From the human T2T-CHM13v2.0 reference genome, Homo sapiens, in NCBI RefSeq assembly GCF_009914755.1, contig NC_060936.1: 64,000 nucleotides of DNA; one strand, 5' to 3'. This document shows positions 33,401 through 48,625 of this stretch, in pieces (positions within the stretch are counted from its first letter, which is position 1; every line of letters begins with the position of its first letter). Both the position numbers and the translations under genes were made by a program. Under the pieces are notes generated by a model. It saw only the letters and a program-made list of their open reading frames with translations. It had not been told where the DNA came from and ran no database searches.

Positions 33401-34417
33401 TCTTGCTCTCATGGTCACAATTAAGTGCTCTCACTACCACCTTTCAAATTTTACTCCTTCTCAACATTGACTTTGTTATAAAGAATCTCATGTACTGTAA
33501 TTTTCTAGCTTGGGCTCTAGGATACTGTGATAAATTTATTGAAATTAGCCATTAATGGTATTTTACTTAGATTATCTTATGTAAGCCTCACAAATATTTA
33601 AGAGAGCCACATTAGTACCCATATTTTCCAGATGAGGCAATGGTAGTTAATCCATGTGACCAAGGAACATAGTAATTGCTACAGCAAGAATTTGGACATT
33701 GGAATCCAGAGCCCTGCTGCAAGTGGTGAGCCTCACTGTCTCCTGAGGAAGCACCAGCAGGATTCTGATTATTTCACCAGGTGAAGCAGGGGCAGCACCC
33801 CTGGTCACAAGGTCAACTAAACTGAAAAACTGAATAGGCTTTGACACTTTCTCCAGGCTTTTGAGTGGCTGCCAAGGTGCGCTGGAGAAGAGATAGAAAG
33901 CAAAGAGAAGGCATGCGATAATACAGTGGCTATGGCATACATCTGTAAATTTTCATGTCTCTTGAAACCCCCTCCCTTTTTTTAAACAATATACTCTTAT
34001 TCTATGCTGAGCTTAAAACTGGGATTTGCATTTTTAAAACAGAAGTGTTGCTTAAAGGGGGTGATGGGGCTCAGTGTTTTAAATGAGGACTGTTTCTACA
34101 CCTGTAACAATAGCTGACACTATGTGCCAAGCACTGTTTAGAGAAAGCACTTTATAGATATCAAGTCATTTAATGCTAGCACAATCTTAAATTTAACCTC
34201 TGACAAAGGAGTCACAGGTTAAATAATTTTCCTAAAGTCACACAAATAATACATAGCAGAGCTGGGAAAAGAATTTGGGCAGTCAGGTCCCAGAATACCC
34301 CTGTTCACCATTACGTAAATTGCACACAAAAAGGTTGAAGAGTGAAAGAAATAGAACAGACCACAGTGGCAATTACTCTCTCTACAAACTACTTTGAGCA
34401 AGGAGAAACATAAACTT

Positions 34418-34800
34418 CTGGATAAAGAAAATATGGCACATATACACCATGGAATACTATGCAGCCAAAAAAAGGATGAATTCATGTCCTTTGCAGGGAA
34501 GTGGATGACGCTGGAAACCATCATTCTCAGCAAACTAACACAGGAACAGAAAACGTGTTCTGACTCATAAGTGGGAGTTGAACAATGAGAACACATGGAC
34601 ACAGGGAGGGGAACATCACACACCGGGGCCTGTCAGGGGGTAGGGGGCTAGGGGAGGGATAGCATTAGGAGAAATATCTAATGGAGATGATGGGTTGATG
34701 GGAGCAGCAAACCACCATGGCATGTGTATGCCTATGTAACAAACCTAGACATTCTGCACATGTATCCCAGAACTTAAAGTATAATAATAATAAAAAAGAA
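34418..34800 (+). mobile_element. 5'-truncated L1PA (about L1PA6-8) 3' end
   Basis: ctggataaagaaaatatggcacatatacaccatgg ... cagaacttaaagtataataataa. Confidence 0.92.
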
Positions 34801-35689
34801 AGAAAGTCTAAAATTTTTATTTCAAAAGTTAAGTTTCTCCATCCAAGAGGCCCTCAAAATTTTGTGATGAGGAGTTAAAGTTTTTAGTAAAGTTGAATGA
34901 TGGCATAGTTTACAGCACCTGGAGGCACTGCTAAAAGACATCAAATAAGGTATATTTTTGGTGACGGTGCTTGTAGCAAAGCATTTAACCAAATTTAAAA
35001 GAAAATTACTACTAGTGGAATCCAGGCTATCTCAGCCATGTCAGTGTAGAATGGTCTCCTGGTCCAGAAAATTGTGGTGTGGGCAGCACAACTGCTATTG
35101 ATCATCAGGTTCTTCAGGATCTATTGTTCTGTGACAACTGATCACTTAAAAGCATCAGTTCTAATCCTCTAGGGTAACCCAGACCAGGGGAGTGCAGATG
35201 CACAAGTATGAGTTTTCACCACTGATAATTCATTACCTGGGTTGCATATAATATTAATTCTCCATCATTTGAGCACATTGATGGTAGAAATGTAACTCCA
35301 CTACACTACAAATAACACAGGGACATGGAGAGAAAAAGATGGAATCCTAACCATCTCTCTGTCTTCACAGTATTATAAAGATAATTATTTTAGAAATTGA
35401 GAAGTGGATTGCAGAGAGAGCTTATTCAAATTCGGAGCCTAATAATAAATACAACCATTATAATGCAAATGTAGAAATTGTCCCATTTGAAAATAAACAT
35501 TTATCTCAAATGGATCATTTATCACTGCCTAAAGTTTAGGCCAGTTCTTGCAAACACTGTAAGTATTCACTGTATTATTCCATAAAACAAGAGATACTTA
35601 AAGAATTTGCCAGTCCAGAACTTAAAAGATATTTCATAAGAAAAACGTATATATTTAATGAGAATATATCCAATTCGAAAATGGAAAAT

Positions 35690-36001
35690 GGCCGGGCACA
35701 GTGGCTCATGCCTGTAATTCCATCACTTTGGGAGGCTGAGGTAGGTGTGTAGCTTGAGCCCAGGAGTTCAAGACCAACATGGACAACACGGTGAAAGCCT
35801 GTCTCTACAAAAAAAATACAAAAATTAGCCAAGCTTGGTAGCATGCTCCTGTAGTCCAAGCTACTTGGCAGGTTGAGGTGGGAGGATCACTTGAGCCTGG
35901 GGAAGTCAAGGATGGAAGTGAGCATGATAGTGCCACTGCACTCCAGCCTGGGCGACACAGTGAGATACTGTCTCAAGAAAAAAAAAAGAAAAAAAAAAAA
36001 A
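35690..36001 (+). mobile_element. AluJ-like SINE
   Basis: gcttgagcccaggagttcaagacc and ggaggatcacttgagcctggg (J-type), A tail. Confidence 0.93.
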
Positions 36002-36721
36002 CTATGGTTATGTGTTAGATTATTCAAAGGAAGGTATTGTCCTGTAGACTTGATGTAACTTTGGGTTGAGATCATGATAATGATGAAGAAACATCAATCA
36101 AAAAAAATAAGAATACACACTTTGTGACATCATTGACACCAAGTTGTCCTCTCTTTGCTAAGTTTTAGATTTCTCTCTCTATTCCTTTTAGTTTTATCTC
36201 TTTTGACAAGATCATAAAGTAGAAAGTGTCTTAAAGGAACCATAAAAATAGGAAATAGGCAAGCAAGTAGATATGGTTGTTTAGTATTTTAACTTTTTCC
36301 TTGTCATTTTTATTAAAGAAAATCTATCAATATTTATTTATCTTACAAAATAAACACTTAACAAAAATCAACACAACCTCATAAAAACAACTATTGGAAT
36401 TTCAGTTTAGGAAAATATGTCTAGTTTAACTGGAAAAATATTTATTTTTATATTTATGATACATTTATAAAAATATGTTGAATATTTGAATGATTTTTCT
36501 CAAACTGAACTAAAGAAAAGTGCCAGGGAAAAGCTAAAAGCACATGAGAGCTTTGCAGGATGACCTGAACAGTGATGGTGAAGTGAAAATATGCGAGAAT
36601 CCAGGAGACTCAGGTTTTTGCGATGTACTCCCTTGGACAGTACTGTCATCGGGACTAATGAAACGAATGTATATTAGCACAAGTTTTGAGGTCTTTGTAC
36701 ACATACACACAAATACACACA

Positions 36722-37916
36722 CATCATATATGTTGCTTGATGATGGGGATGCATTCTGAGAAGTCATTAGGCCATTTCTTCCTTGTGTGAACATGATAGG
36801 GTATATTTACACACACCTAGAAATATAGCCTACTGCACATCTAGGCTATATGGGTTTATAGCCTATTGATCCTAGGTTACAAACCTGTACTGCAGGTTAC
36901 TGTACTGAACTATAAGCAATGGTAACACAATGGGAATTGTATATGTAAACATATCTAAACATAGAAAAGATGCAATAAAATACAATATAAAAGATTTTTA
37001 TAAATGGAACACCTTTTTAGAGCACTGACCATGAATGGAGCTTACAGGACTGGAGGCTGCTGTGGGTGAGTCAGTGAGCAGTGGTGAGTGAATGTGAAGG
37101 ACTGGGAAATTCCTGAACACTATTGTAGACTTTATACGCACTCTACACTTAAGCTACACTGAAGTTATTTAAACAATACTCTCTTCAATAATAGCTTAAG
37201 CTTAGCCCACTATACCTTTTTACTTTATAAACTTATTTTTTTTTTAATTTTTGGACTCAACAGCTTAAAACACAAACACATTGTACAGCTATACAAAAGT
37301 ATATTTGTATATACTTATAGAATATATGTATATATACAATAAATTCTATAAAGTTTTTTCTATTCTTTTTAAGCTTTTAAGCTGTTTTATGGAAAACAAA
37401 GACACAAACACACATATTAGCTTAGACACACACAGGGTCAGAATCATCCATATCATTGTCTTTCACCTCCATTTCTTGTCTGACTGGAAGGTGTTCAGGG
37501 GCAATAACATGCTCAGAGCTAAATCTCCTGTGATAACAATGCCTCCTTCTGAAATATCTCCTGAAGGACCTGCATGAGGCTGTTTTACAGTTAACTCTTT
37601 TTGTTTTATGAGTAGAGGCAGTACACTCTAAGATAATGATGAAAAGTATAGTGTAGTAAATATGTAAACCAGTAGCATAATCACTGATTATTATTGTCAA
37701 AAATGGGGTACTGTACATATAATTTTATATGCTATACTTTCATGTGACTAGCAGTGCAGTAGCTTTGTTTACACCAGCATTTAGCGCAAACACCTGAGTA
37801 ATGCATTGTGCTTGATTAGGCGACAGAAATTCTTCAGGTCCATTATAATCTTATGGGACCAACTCTGTACATGCAGTTCATCAATACTGAAATGTCATTT
37901 TTCAGGGCATGTCTAT
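36722..37916 (-). mobile_element. Tigger3-type (TcMar) DNA transposon deletion derivative, ~1.2 kb
   Basis: ggggatgcattctgagaag, tatagcctattgatcctagg, tggaggctgctgtgggtgagtcagtgag, ccattataatcttatgggacc. Confidence 0.85.
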
Positions 37917-38059
37917 ACACACACAACACACACACAAATATATTTATGTATAAATACATTATTTTATGTTTGAACTTAGCAACTAACCAGAGGAAAAAAA
38001 GTGCTAGACACAGAAACAGATATATAATAGATACTGACTATGCTTTTTTATTATTTTAA

Positions 38060-38231
38060 TTTTTATCTATTTATTTATTTATTTAGAGATCAGGTTACGA
38101 GACTGGCTAATTTTTGTATTTTTGGTAGAGATGGGGTTTTACCATGTTGACCAAGCTGGTCTCGAATTCCTAGGCTCAAGTAATCCACCTGCCTCAGCCT
38201 CTTAGAGTGCAGGTGTGAACCACTGCCTGGC
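38060..38231 (-). mobile_element. Partial Alu (left arm, J-like)
   Basis: ggctaatttttgtatttttggtagagatgggg...aggtgtgaaccactgcctggc. Confidence 0.85.
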
Positions 38232-38883
38232 TTATGACTTGTTTTCATTTTTGTTTGTTTGTTTAGTGACATCATAAATAATAAAAGCCAGAAGCTTTGC
38301 AGCACATAACCATACCACAATTCAGGACTTGTGTTTTGGCATGTTGAAACAAGAAATTGTAGTGCATCAGAAGAGACATGGGCTGAAAACCTGCCTCTGA
38401 CATTCAATGGGTGTGATCAGAGAAGAGCAATTGGTTCATTTAGTTTCAGTTTCATCAAATTTTAACATGTATTTTTATTAAATATCCTTTCATTTGTAAG
38501 TAACAGAATTGAAATTCAGAATAACCTTATAAAATGGATAATTATTAGCTTCGGTATGATTGGTTCTAGAGGTGAAAACATTGTTTTTAAGGCTCTTTCT
38601 CTTTAGGTCCTGTGTCTTTCTGCAGAAACTTCAAGTTTACTTGCTTCTCTGTGTCTTCGTGTTGTCATCATTATGTAAATATATGCCTTCATGTGGCCAG
38701 GGGGAGGTTTTGCAGGCATCTCTAGATTTACAAGGTCTCTATGGTTCATGATTCTAGAGAAAGATAAATCTTCTCTCTCCTGGAACCTATGTGTCAAATT
38801 CTTGGTAAAGTTCTCACTTAAGCTGTAGGAGTCGCAGAGCCATTTCTGAAATGCTCTCCATGCCAACAGCGTACAGTACTCTA

Positions 38884-39352
<469 letters not shown>

Positions 39353-42300
39353 TTATTTGTAATTATACACAAAACCATATGAAATCCAATATGAAAGTGG
39401 AAATAGATATTTTCACACATAGAGGCCTCTTAACATTTATTTCCTATGTCCTGTCTTTCAGGAAACTATGGTGGATGTATTCTAGACAGAAGAAGGATTA
39501 AACCAAGATAAAAACAATGTGAATGAGGAAAGTGGGAGTAACAGGGATTCCAAGAGAAAGGTAAAGAGAATCCCCAAGATGTTGGCAAAAGATGGTCCCT
39601 TGGTAAATTGTATACAATTGTGTTAGAAAGATTGGATAAAAAGACAGGAGGTTATGAAGCAAATTGAGAGAATACACAATGTATTTAATGAAATTGAGAA
39701 GAATTTTAAACATTGTCAGAAAGCTTTGGGACTAAATTAATAAACAATATATAGAAAATTAAGCAAAAGAAAATTGAGACAATTAATACACAGAGGAAAA
39801 ACAACCATTGTTCATGATGAGGCAGAATAATTTTGAATACTTCTCTATGAATTACTCTTTATATTTCTTTAGTTTGTATGCAGGTTGGATTTATGAAAAG
39901 TTTCGCAAGGGGATTGTGAGGGTGATTAAGTAAGAAATTGAAAGAATAAATCAAAGCACTAAAGCACTAAAAAATGTAGATGACTCAGAGAAAAAAAAAA
40001 AACCTTTATCTCTATTTGAGCATCTAATTAAAGAATTGTTCACTATATGGATAAAGTCTTTCCCCAACCTCAATGCTGTGGTTAAAAAAGTCTTCCATAA
40101 TACTTACTGGGTCAGCCCTGTGTTAACCTGAGAATTAACCAGAAAGCAATAGCCACTCTCAAAGTTAGCATAAATGTGAGTCAGCATCACCTGGAGAAAT
40201 GGCAAAAGGCAGGACCAAGGCCACAGAGAAATGAGGAGGGAAGGCCAGCATCAGTGGAATCAGAGGTGAATGTCACTGGCTGTGGTGAGAAGGTTTTAGT
40301 AACTCAAGGACTCTAACAAGAGAAAGGAGTGAACTGGAGCAAGGCTAGTGCGGTGACAGCGATAAGGAAGTGTCAGAGTAGCCTCTGAGACAAAGGCTGC
40401 TTTAGAGTACTTTCATTATAACCTATATGCCCTAGCTCTTTTTTTTTTTCTAGTTGGGTCACACTGGGAAATGTGAATAACAAAATTATTATAGAGAAAT
40501 ATGAGGCACGGTAGGCAAGTAATTTGTATAAAGTGCATTCTGCCTGTGTATCAGCAGTCTTCTATCTGGGGACATAAAAATGTAACTGTACTTTGTTTAT
40601 GGATTCGACTTATAAGAGATATCACTTTCATGTTAGCTAAACTTACGTCTATATATCTCTATATATTCAATTTCATACTTGTTCAATATTGTCCATGGAA
40701 CAAAATAATTTTAAAAATTATCATGGCCTAAGGCCTCCTTGGTGTATTTATAGTACATCAGTGGAAACATTGATGAGAGAGATGTTAGACAGCATTCATA
40801 AGCACTATTATCAGGATAAAAAGGAGAGATCTTTAAACTGATGTTGCAAATTGCATTTATAAATGCTGAGGGATAGTGAGAAATTTGCCATTGAAAATAA
40901 TTTTAAAAAACAGTAGAAAAATGAAATATTTTTTAAAAATATATAATATGCAATTATGCTTCTAAAAAGTTAGATGTATGTTTGTCTGTTTGTGTCTCTG
41001 TGTGTTTAATGTTGTCAGTCTTGGGAACTCATTATCTTCCATTCATGCGGTTTCCTGCAACTGATGCTGTATATTCACTGAAAAAGCTGACATTACTGCA
41101 CAGTCGGCTTGAAATTTTCTATGCACCACAGTGCAAAGCCTTAAAGTTAAGTTCCGTTTCCACAGCAACCATAGTTTAGCTCCTCAAGCATAGTTAGACC
41201 TTTTTTGTGGTCTTAACCTACATGTACACGGTAAGGATTGCTGATCTTTGATGCACTATTTGTGTTTTATTGGTTATATAAGCCTATGTCTGTGGGTTTT
41301 TTCCTGCATTTGAAAACTTACTGACAATTTTGCATAGGAGTAGCTGTTGAAGTATAAATTGGGGGAAAATCATAATTGTGAGCAACTGGGTATTCAGATA
41401 CATTCCCTATAAAACTGATGACTAGTTCACTCAAAAAATAAATACTTGATAATTCATCTATGAAAACAACACGTTTGACCCAATTTTTGAGGGCCCTCTT
41501 CTTCACTCACACACAAGTGCATACATACACCCTGGAGTAATTATGTTTCTTCCCTGAGCCACAAATGCTCTCTTTCCAATTAATAATCTTAGTTATCACT
41601 GTATGATGGCTGTCTTACAAATCTACTAAACTAAATGGTTCATGTGCACAGCGGATCACAGCCTTTTAATCACTCTTCTTCTAAGTCACTGAGTCTCTTG
41701 GCTTCCTATAAATTAAGTCACCCTAAGTCTATCACACAGGGCTACTTCATTCACACTCTGGAGAAAAAACATACCCAATTTTTGTATTTATAAGTGATCC
41801 CCACTTCCCCGTTGTTAAAGAAACAGGAACAACTGAGGTGAACCCTTGACAGCGCTTTATTATACACATGGAAACATTCACACAGGAGCAGTCAAGAAAG
41901 TGATTCCCAAAAAATTTTAGGGGAAGACTGTTCATAAAACTAAGGAAAAGTAACATTAGTTATTTACCAAAATATCACATTGGTTGCTTCTAAAAGAATG
42001 ATACCTTGTTTTGATCTTTTCTGATCAGATTTTTAAAAAATCTTTTGCAAATTTATTAAATCATAACATGAACCAAAATCTACCAAGCAAATGGAAAACA
42101 GTTCTTGATCAGATCTTAAAGACACAGCTTAAACTCAGATTCCGTTCACAACACTTCATGTTGAGAAGTTTTTGTGTCATACTTGAGAATTATTAGTTAC
42201 AATCCAATTGTAAGATTTCTTCTCAGTGATTTTTTTTACTCCCATGATCATGACTTTTATTTACCATTGGGAATTTATGTTTTACACACACACACACACA

Positions 42301-42679
42301 CACACACACCATATTGTCTTTTTCTCCAAGTTGTCCAAAGTCATGGTCAAAGCACATGTGAAAAGAAGGCAGACGTTTCTATTTCAGATGTGCAAATAAT
42401 CCTGTTCATTGTTTAAATACTTCACCTATTTTTTGAACAAAATGACTGGACAAGATCATTTTACTGTGAGGATTGGTAATCCTACAAAATTTTGATTCAT
42501 AAACACATCTACTCTCAGTAATTCTTAGTAATTAACCTATTTATAGACATTGAGGAGCTTCACATTACTCAGCTGTATTCAAAATCTTTCACATTCTTCT
42601 CTAGCTTTCTAACCTCTTCTCCTTTAGCATAATTTTTTTTCTATTATGTATGAGAAATGGATATCATCCTAAACAGTGT

Positions 42680-44040
42680 CTACCACCAGCTGCTTTCCTC
42701 ATCCAACCTGCAAACTTTTGTATACCCATAATTATTTTCCTCTCATCTCTAAAGAAATAAATCTATTCCTTTATGAAGTACGTTACCCTTACTGTAGATA
42801 CTATGTTCACCAGCATTCTATTGACCTTTTCTCCAGCCATTAACATATTTTGTTTTATGTTGACAATGTTTTCTCCACTGCTAGTTCTTCCTTTCTGCTT
42901 ACATGTCAAGTGTTTTCTATCTTAAAAATTAAAATATAAAAAATAAATTTTTAAAACATCTGCCTTTGAATTTATCTCTACCTATTATTTCTTCTTTCTT
43001 TCACTTCTAGGATGACCAAAGAATAACTTAAACTCATTATCTTTCTTACATAACTTTCTCTTATTTGTCAGTTCACAATGTTTGGATTCTTACTATTACC
43101 TCATCATTTCACTAGAATTGCACTAATTAAGTCTTACAATAATGTGCTGATTGCTAAAGCAAAAGTTATTTTTCTAGTATCTTCTTATCTGACTGTCACT
43201 TTCAGTACTGATTACTATGCTTTCTTAAATATCTCATCCCTTGGATTCCATAGTATCATCTTCTCTTCCTCATCTGATTCTCCCCCTAGCTCCTTTGCAA
43301 TCTTATTTGCAATTCTTTTCTGGTTGCTTTACTCTGCCCTACTCTCTCATCAGCCATTTTTTCTTTCACTATGTATTCTACCCCTTGGAGATCTTGTACA
43401 CTGCAATGTCTTCAATTGTCTAAATTTGAACCAAATGCCTTCTCTTCTCCTTCATCAAGCTGTATGTTCTACTTTTATCTTTATTTTGTTCGGTGACAAC
43501 AAGGACAACCAAAAGGCCAAAACAGAATACTGAGAGTTGCAGTCCATCCAGTTCTACTCATCACTTCCTTCACCCATTGTCTAAAGTTCTGTAAGTTGTT
43601 TGCTTCTAATTATAATTTAAATGCACCCTCTCATCTGCATCCCTGCACTTATTATTTTGCTTCAGCCTTACACAGATCACCTGGAATATTGAAATTGCCT
43701 TTTACTTGGCCTCCCGATCTCCAGTCTCCTTCTTTATCAGTATATTCTACATACTTTTCCCAAAGTGATTTTCTTACCAGTACAAATATGAATATGTCAG
43801 AGAGTACCTAAAATCCTTCAATGACTTCCATAATTTTTTGAATTACATGGAGATTTCTCATGGGCTATGTACAGTTCACCATCATTTATTTTCTTGATCT
43901 TTAGCCTTTCTAAATTAGTCACAATCTCTAATGGGAGTTCATATGTTATTCAATATTTGTATTCCCAGTGCCAAATATTTTCCCTTAGAAACAAAAAAAA
44001 ATGAACAAATATTGCTGAAAGAATGCAAGTGTGAATGAAA
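42680..44040 (+). mobile_element. Degenerate L2 element
   Basis: Long pyrimidine-rich L2-like stretch ending aaatattgctgaaagaatg. Confidence 0.6.
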
Positions 44041-44214
44041 GATACACACATAAAAAATACAGTCCAAATGCTCTAAGAGAAAGGAGTAAATATGAGAATT
44101 TATCAATTGGATTTTAGTAATATCCCTATAAGCTATTATTTTTGTAAAATCTCCACTCTATTTTTTCTGTATTTTTATCAGCTAACATAGTCATTTCAGT
44201 TTAGTTCTACAGGA

Positions 44215-44590
44215 TACAAATATTTTTAGGTAGGTGGCTTCTTGGGGAATGAGATCAGCACCTATAAGAGAGGGAAAGATACAGGAGAAGATGAAGGCAG
44301 AAGTTGAACTACAATGTTATAAACAGGCTTCATACAATCCTACAGGGGGCGCTAAAGCTGGGATGGCCCTTGAGAGTTGTTCTGAATTGGAGCAACAGGA
44401 CTTGGGCTTTTGTAACCCTGAATAGACCAATCATTGTGAATGGGCTGCCTAGTCTGCCCACCTTGACAGTGCAAGGCTTGGACTGAGGAAACTTCCCTTG
44501 TCAATGGAAATCTGTGAATCATCACCACATTACACTCCTGACAGTTGGATGAATAAGCTATGCCACTTACCATAGCAAGAACTGTCCAGG
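44215..44590. mobile_element. Old ERVL-type LTR fragment (LTR16-like)
   Basis: aagctgggatggcccttgagagttgttctgaattggagc motif, from recall. Confidence 0.5.
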
Positions 44591-44944
44591 TTTTTGGTGG
44601 ATGCTTCACTCTCTCTTTCCCACTATAAATGCTGTCTTTGCAACTGTCCAAACCCCACATGAAACAACAAACTACTTAGACTCCTTTGGCCTCTTCATAT
44701 ATTTCTGAGACACATTCCCCATGCCCAACCACCACCTCCTGAGAGGATCAAACTCATAATGTTATTAATCAATTAAATCACAATTGGGGAGACACATATG
44801 CTACCAAAAAAGTGTGGAATATATTCCAAATTGAGGACTTAATTAATTTTTAGATAATTTGCTCTCTTAGAAGATAATCTGGTCATAGACTTCCCTTCTT
44901 TAGAAAAATTAAATAGATGACTTTATACTGCTTTAAAATAGTGT

Positions 44945-45195
44945 CTATATATAGTGAGATATATCTATATATACATATATATATCTTGGAGGTCATATAG
45001 ATATATCTCTATATATCCATATATATCCACAGAGATATATCTTTATATACAGATACTTAGCGATATATCTATATATAGAGATATATGTGTATATATGTAT
45101 ATGTATGTATATATATACATGTGTATACATAGATATACACATGTATATATATGATTTTATGTATATAAGTATAATTATTTATATTTATGTATACA
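44945..45195. repeat. AT-rich (TA)/(TATG) low-complexity tract
   Basis: Directly visible. Confidence 0.85.
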
Positions 45196-46576
45196 CAGCA
45201 TATAATGCTAACCTGGTATCTTGAAAAATAGTGGATATGAGATATAATACAAATAGTGGAATCAGATCTAACTGCTTTTTGTTGTTGCCCTTTTTAAACA
45301 CATAATATCATGTGGAAATATTCACTTGTTCTAAGAACTGCTTGAATACAGCAGTGTTTCTAAATAATCCTCACCCCTATGGCCATCAGTTAACTCACTT
45401 ATTCCAGAACACACAGCTGGCAGACTTTCTTAAAAAACACAAATGTAATTTATTTAAATACTTTTCTTGACTTCTAATTGCCTGTATATTAAAACACACA
45501 CTGGTACCCCGTCACATAGAAAGTCATTTTAGCTGCCCTTTTAATTTTAGGTTCTCTTGGTCCTCATGCCACAGTTTTTCAGGACTTTTTTCATGACTGA
45601 AGCAACAATGACCTTGTGATAATCTAGATTTTACACATGTTCTTTCCTCTTCCTGGAGCTAAAAACCTCACCTCCATCTTCAAGGAGCATTTTAAAGCTC
45701 TCTTTTTTTTTTGTAAGGCCTCCTCCAGCATCCTCAGACATAATGAGTCTCTTCTGTGTTTTCACTACTTTGTCCATCAGCAATGTTAGAATATTCAATG
45801 TTGTAATTCCATAATCTGCTTAAATGGTGCTCTTTCTTCCTGTTAATCTCTGTAATATCAACCATATTTTTGACCATTAGTATCAAATATAAGTTTACTA
45901 AATGAATGAAAGAATATGTGAATGACTTGGTTGATTGAGGAGGCAAATATGGTGAACATATATAAGATATTTTTATAGGAAAATGTGTCAAATGTACTTT
46001 CTCTGTTTTGCTGTTGCTTATGTTCTTTTCTTCCCATCACTTAAAAAGCTAGAGAAACTATTGCTTTCACCAACATTTTCTCAAATGCCTGAAAAATCAC
46101 CAAATATATGAGTCATATTTTTCAGGCAATACTCTAGGAGCAAATCAATATAGTATAATATTAAGGGATTTTCTAAGATTATATATTTTCTGTTATATTC
46201 TTATAATTTACTTATTCATCTCTGTAAATACTATACACTTATTCTTATGGGTAATTTTGTTTGATCATTAAATAGCTATTTGGATATCTGTAACTTTTAG
46301 CATATACTTTAATTATAATGATAATAATAACAATAAAATATTTACAGTGTTAAATATAACTTTTTAAAAGGTTCCTGTGGCAACCATGAATTGATTTTTT
46401 TAAACAAATATTTTATGGTCCTTATAAACCTCACACCTATTTTCCAGTACTATCTAACACAAATTTTCCAATACTACAATAACTTTCATAGAACATTATC
46501 AGAATTAATCACATCTTTATCTCTGTTCATACTAATCATAAGAAGTTCAAGACCGAGGTTTATCCTTTAGTACTTA

Positions 46577-46778
46577 GATTCTCAATGCCATAAGACAATC
46601 TAACTCCATCTCCAAACACTTTCCAACTTCTGAAACCTTTTCAACAAATCGCTAGAACTCAGACTATATGGCAAGCTTGATTCTCAATGCCATAAGAAAA
46701 TCTAACTCCATCTCCTAACCCTTTCCAACTTCTGAAACCTTTTCAACAAATCTCTAGAACTCAGACTACGTGATAAGC
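46577..46778. repeat. 102-bp tandem duplication (2 copies)
   Basis: gattctcaatgccataaga...ctagaactcagacta at 46577 and 46679. Confidence 0.93.
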
Positions 46779-48473
46779 AAAATACTTGATATCATTTACT
46801 TCTTCAGTCAACATTCCCTCATCTTGTTAATCTACCTGTAATATGACTTTCTCAGAGGATGGTGTTCACGCCAGTATCAGTTAGTTTGGTCTGGAAAACA
46901 GAAATTACTCTAGAATTCAAAGTAAAAAGGCGTTAACAAAGGAAATTAAAGACTTGCCTGTCTGCTAGAAGAGTAGAGTTTATGATGGTCAGGGAATATT
47001 CTGCTACAATTTATGAAATCAATAAATGCCTACACCACCGCTTAGTCACCACCAATCATCTCAGCAGCCTACAACACCATAGAAGGTGATCTCCAGGAGC
47101 ACTCCCAGAAGCTGCTGAAAACCATTTTCTGTCCATTCATATGTCTGCCTGTAGGTGTCCCAGAGAACAACAGCTTCTCCGTTTCCACCATTCGCATCTT
47201 AGAGGCCAAGTACATCGATCGTCTCAAAACCTTTTCCATATAGATAATAGCATGGCCATTCTTCCAGTTGCTTAGAACAAAAATTTTAGAATCTTCTATG
47301 ACTTTTTTCTTCTCATATTGCATGCCTGATCAGAAAGCTCTCGTGCCTCTTCCTTAAGAAATGTTTTCAATCTGACCAGTTTTCTAGCTCTATCACTATG
47401 ACTCTGAACAATGTCACAATCATCTTTATCCAGGATAGAAGTAAAGGTCTCCTAGCTGATCATTTGCTTCCATCTTTGACCCCAGATCATCTACTGGATA
47501 GTATTTAAAAAACTGTTGTAATTCTCCATAAGGGAAATATATTATATAATATTCTGTAATGTACCTGAAGATGGATATTCATATTTTAATATTCTGGACC
47601 AAATTTTGACATCATTGATCTACAAATATTACATTGAACATCTTCAAGACACCTTGATCTAAAAAAATTGTCATTTTTCTTGTTATTTTGTATTTAAGTG
47701 GGAGAAAGATGTATGTTTACATAGAATAAGAATCAACTGAATTTGGAAAGATTATAGATATAAGAGAGACAAGATAATTGGATAAATATATTCTAGAGGA
47801 ATTTGAAAGACTAAGAATCAAGAAAAACTAAAGGATTTACTATTTCAAGGGGGGAAACATGTATTCTGAGACAAAAGGGAGAAAAATTAGACATTGAGAG
47901 TGTGGTCAGACTTTATTATACTCTAATTGTGAGCTGTGTGTTAGCATAAATTATTCAAATACTGTGTCTCAAAATTCTTGTTATTTATCATTTTTAAACA
48001 AACACTAATCCATCATTTGTCATGTATTGTCATGCTGCTATACACTGAAGATATCATGGAGAAAATGTAGCAAGGGTACATTAATTCATCTTATGATCTT
48101 ATTGTACTGGGTCCAAAAGAATTACCATGCAAATATGTTGAGAACTATGATGAGAGAAGCACAGGGTGTTGTGTTATGGAGGCAATAAGGGAGGTGTATA
48201 GAACAGGTGGTAGAGGTCAGGACAGCACTCTTGAAAGACTTGCAAGAAGCAAATAGACTTAACAAACAGAGTTTGACTTGGAAAGGATATATTGGTGTGA
48301 AGGTAAATAATAGTGTTCAGGCAAATCTAACAGTATATTCAAAGGCCTAGAAGAAAGAGTTGTCGGTGACTTAAAAAATATGTTGGGACGGGATCATACA
48401 GTATGTCAGAGAATTAAGTGGAAAAAGATCATGTTGGAGTAGTAGGTAGGCACTAGGTGAAAAGACTATAAAT

Positions 48474-48625
48474 CAGTGTTTCTCAAAATTTATGTGCACA
48501 GCAATCATCTGGGATCTCGTTAAAACCTAGATTCCTATTCAGTAGATCTTGAATGGAGCACTAATATCTAACAAGCTTTGCAAGTAATGCCAGTGCTGCT
48601 GGTCCACTTGTAATTCTTTAAGCAG
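48474..48625. mobile_element. MER5-type hAT-Charlie MITE within L2 remnants
   Basis: cagtgtttctcaaaattt...aatcatctgggatctcgttaaaa...tgctgctggtccac. Confidence 0.7.

Noticed and set aside
43078-43533. 151-aa hydrophobic ORF (also 13918..14307 and 14501..14887)
   Set aside because: Products of T-rich L2 remnants or TA repeats; no recognisable domain.
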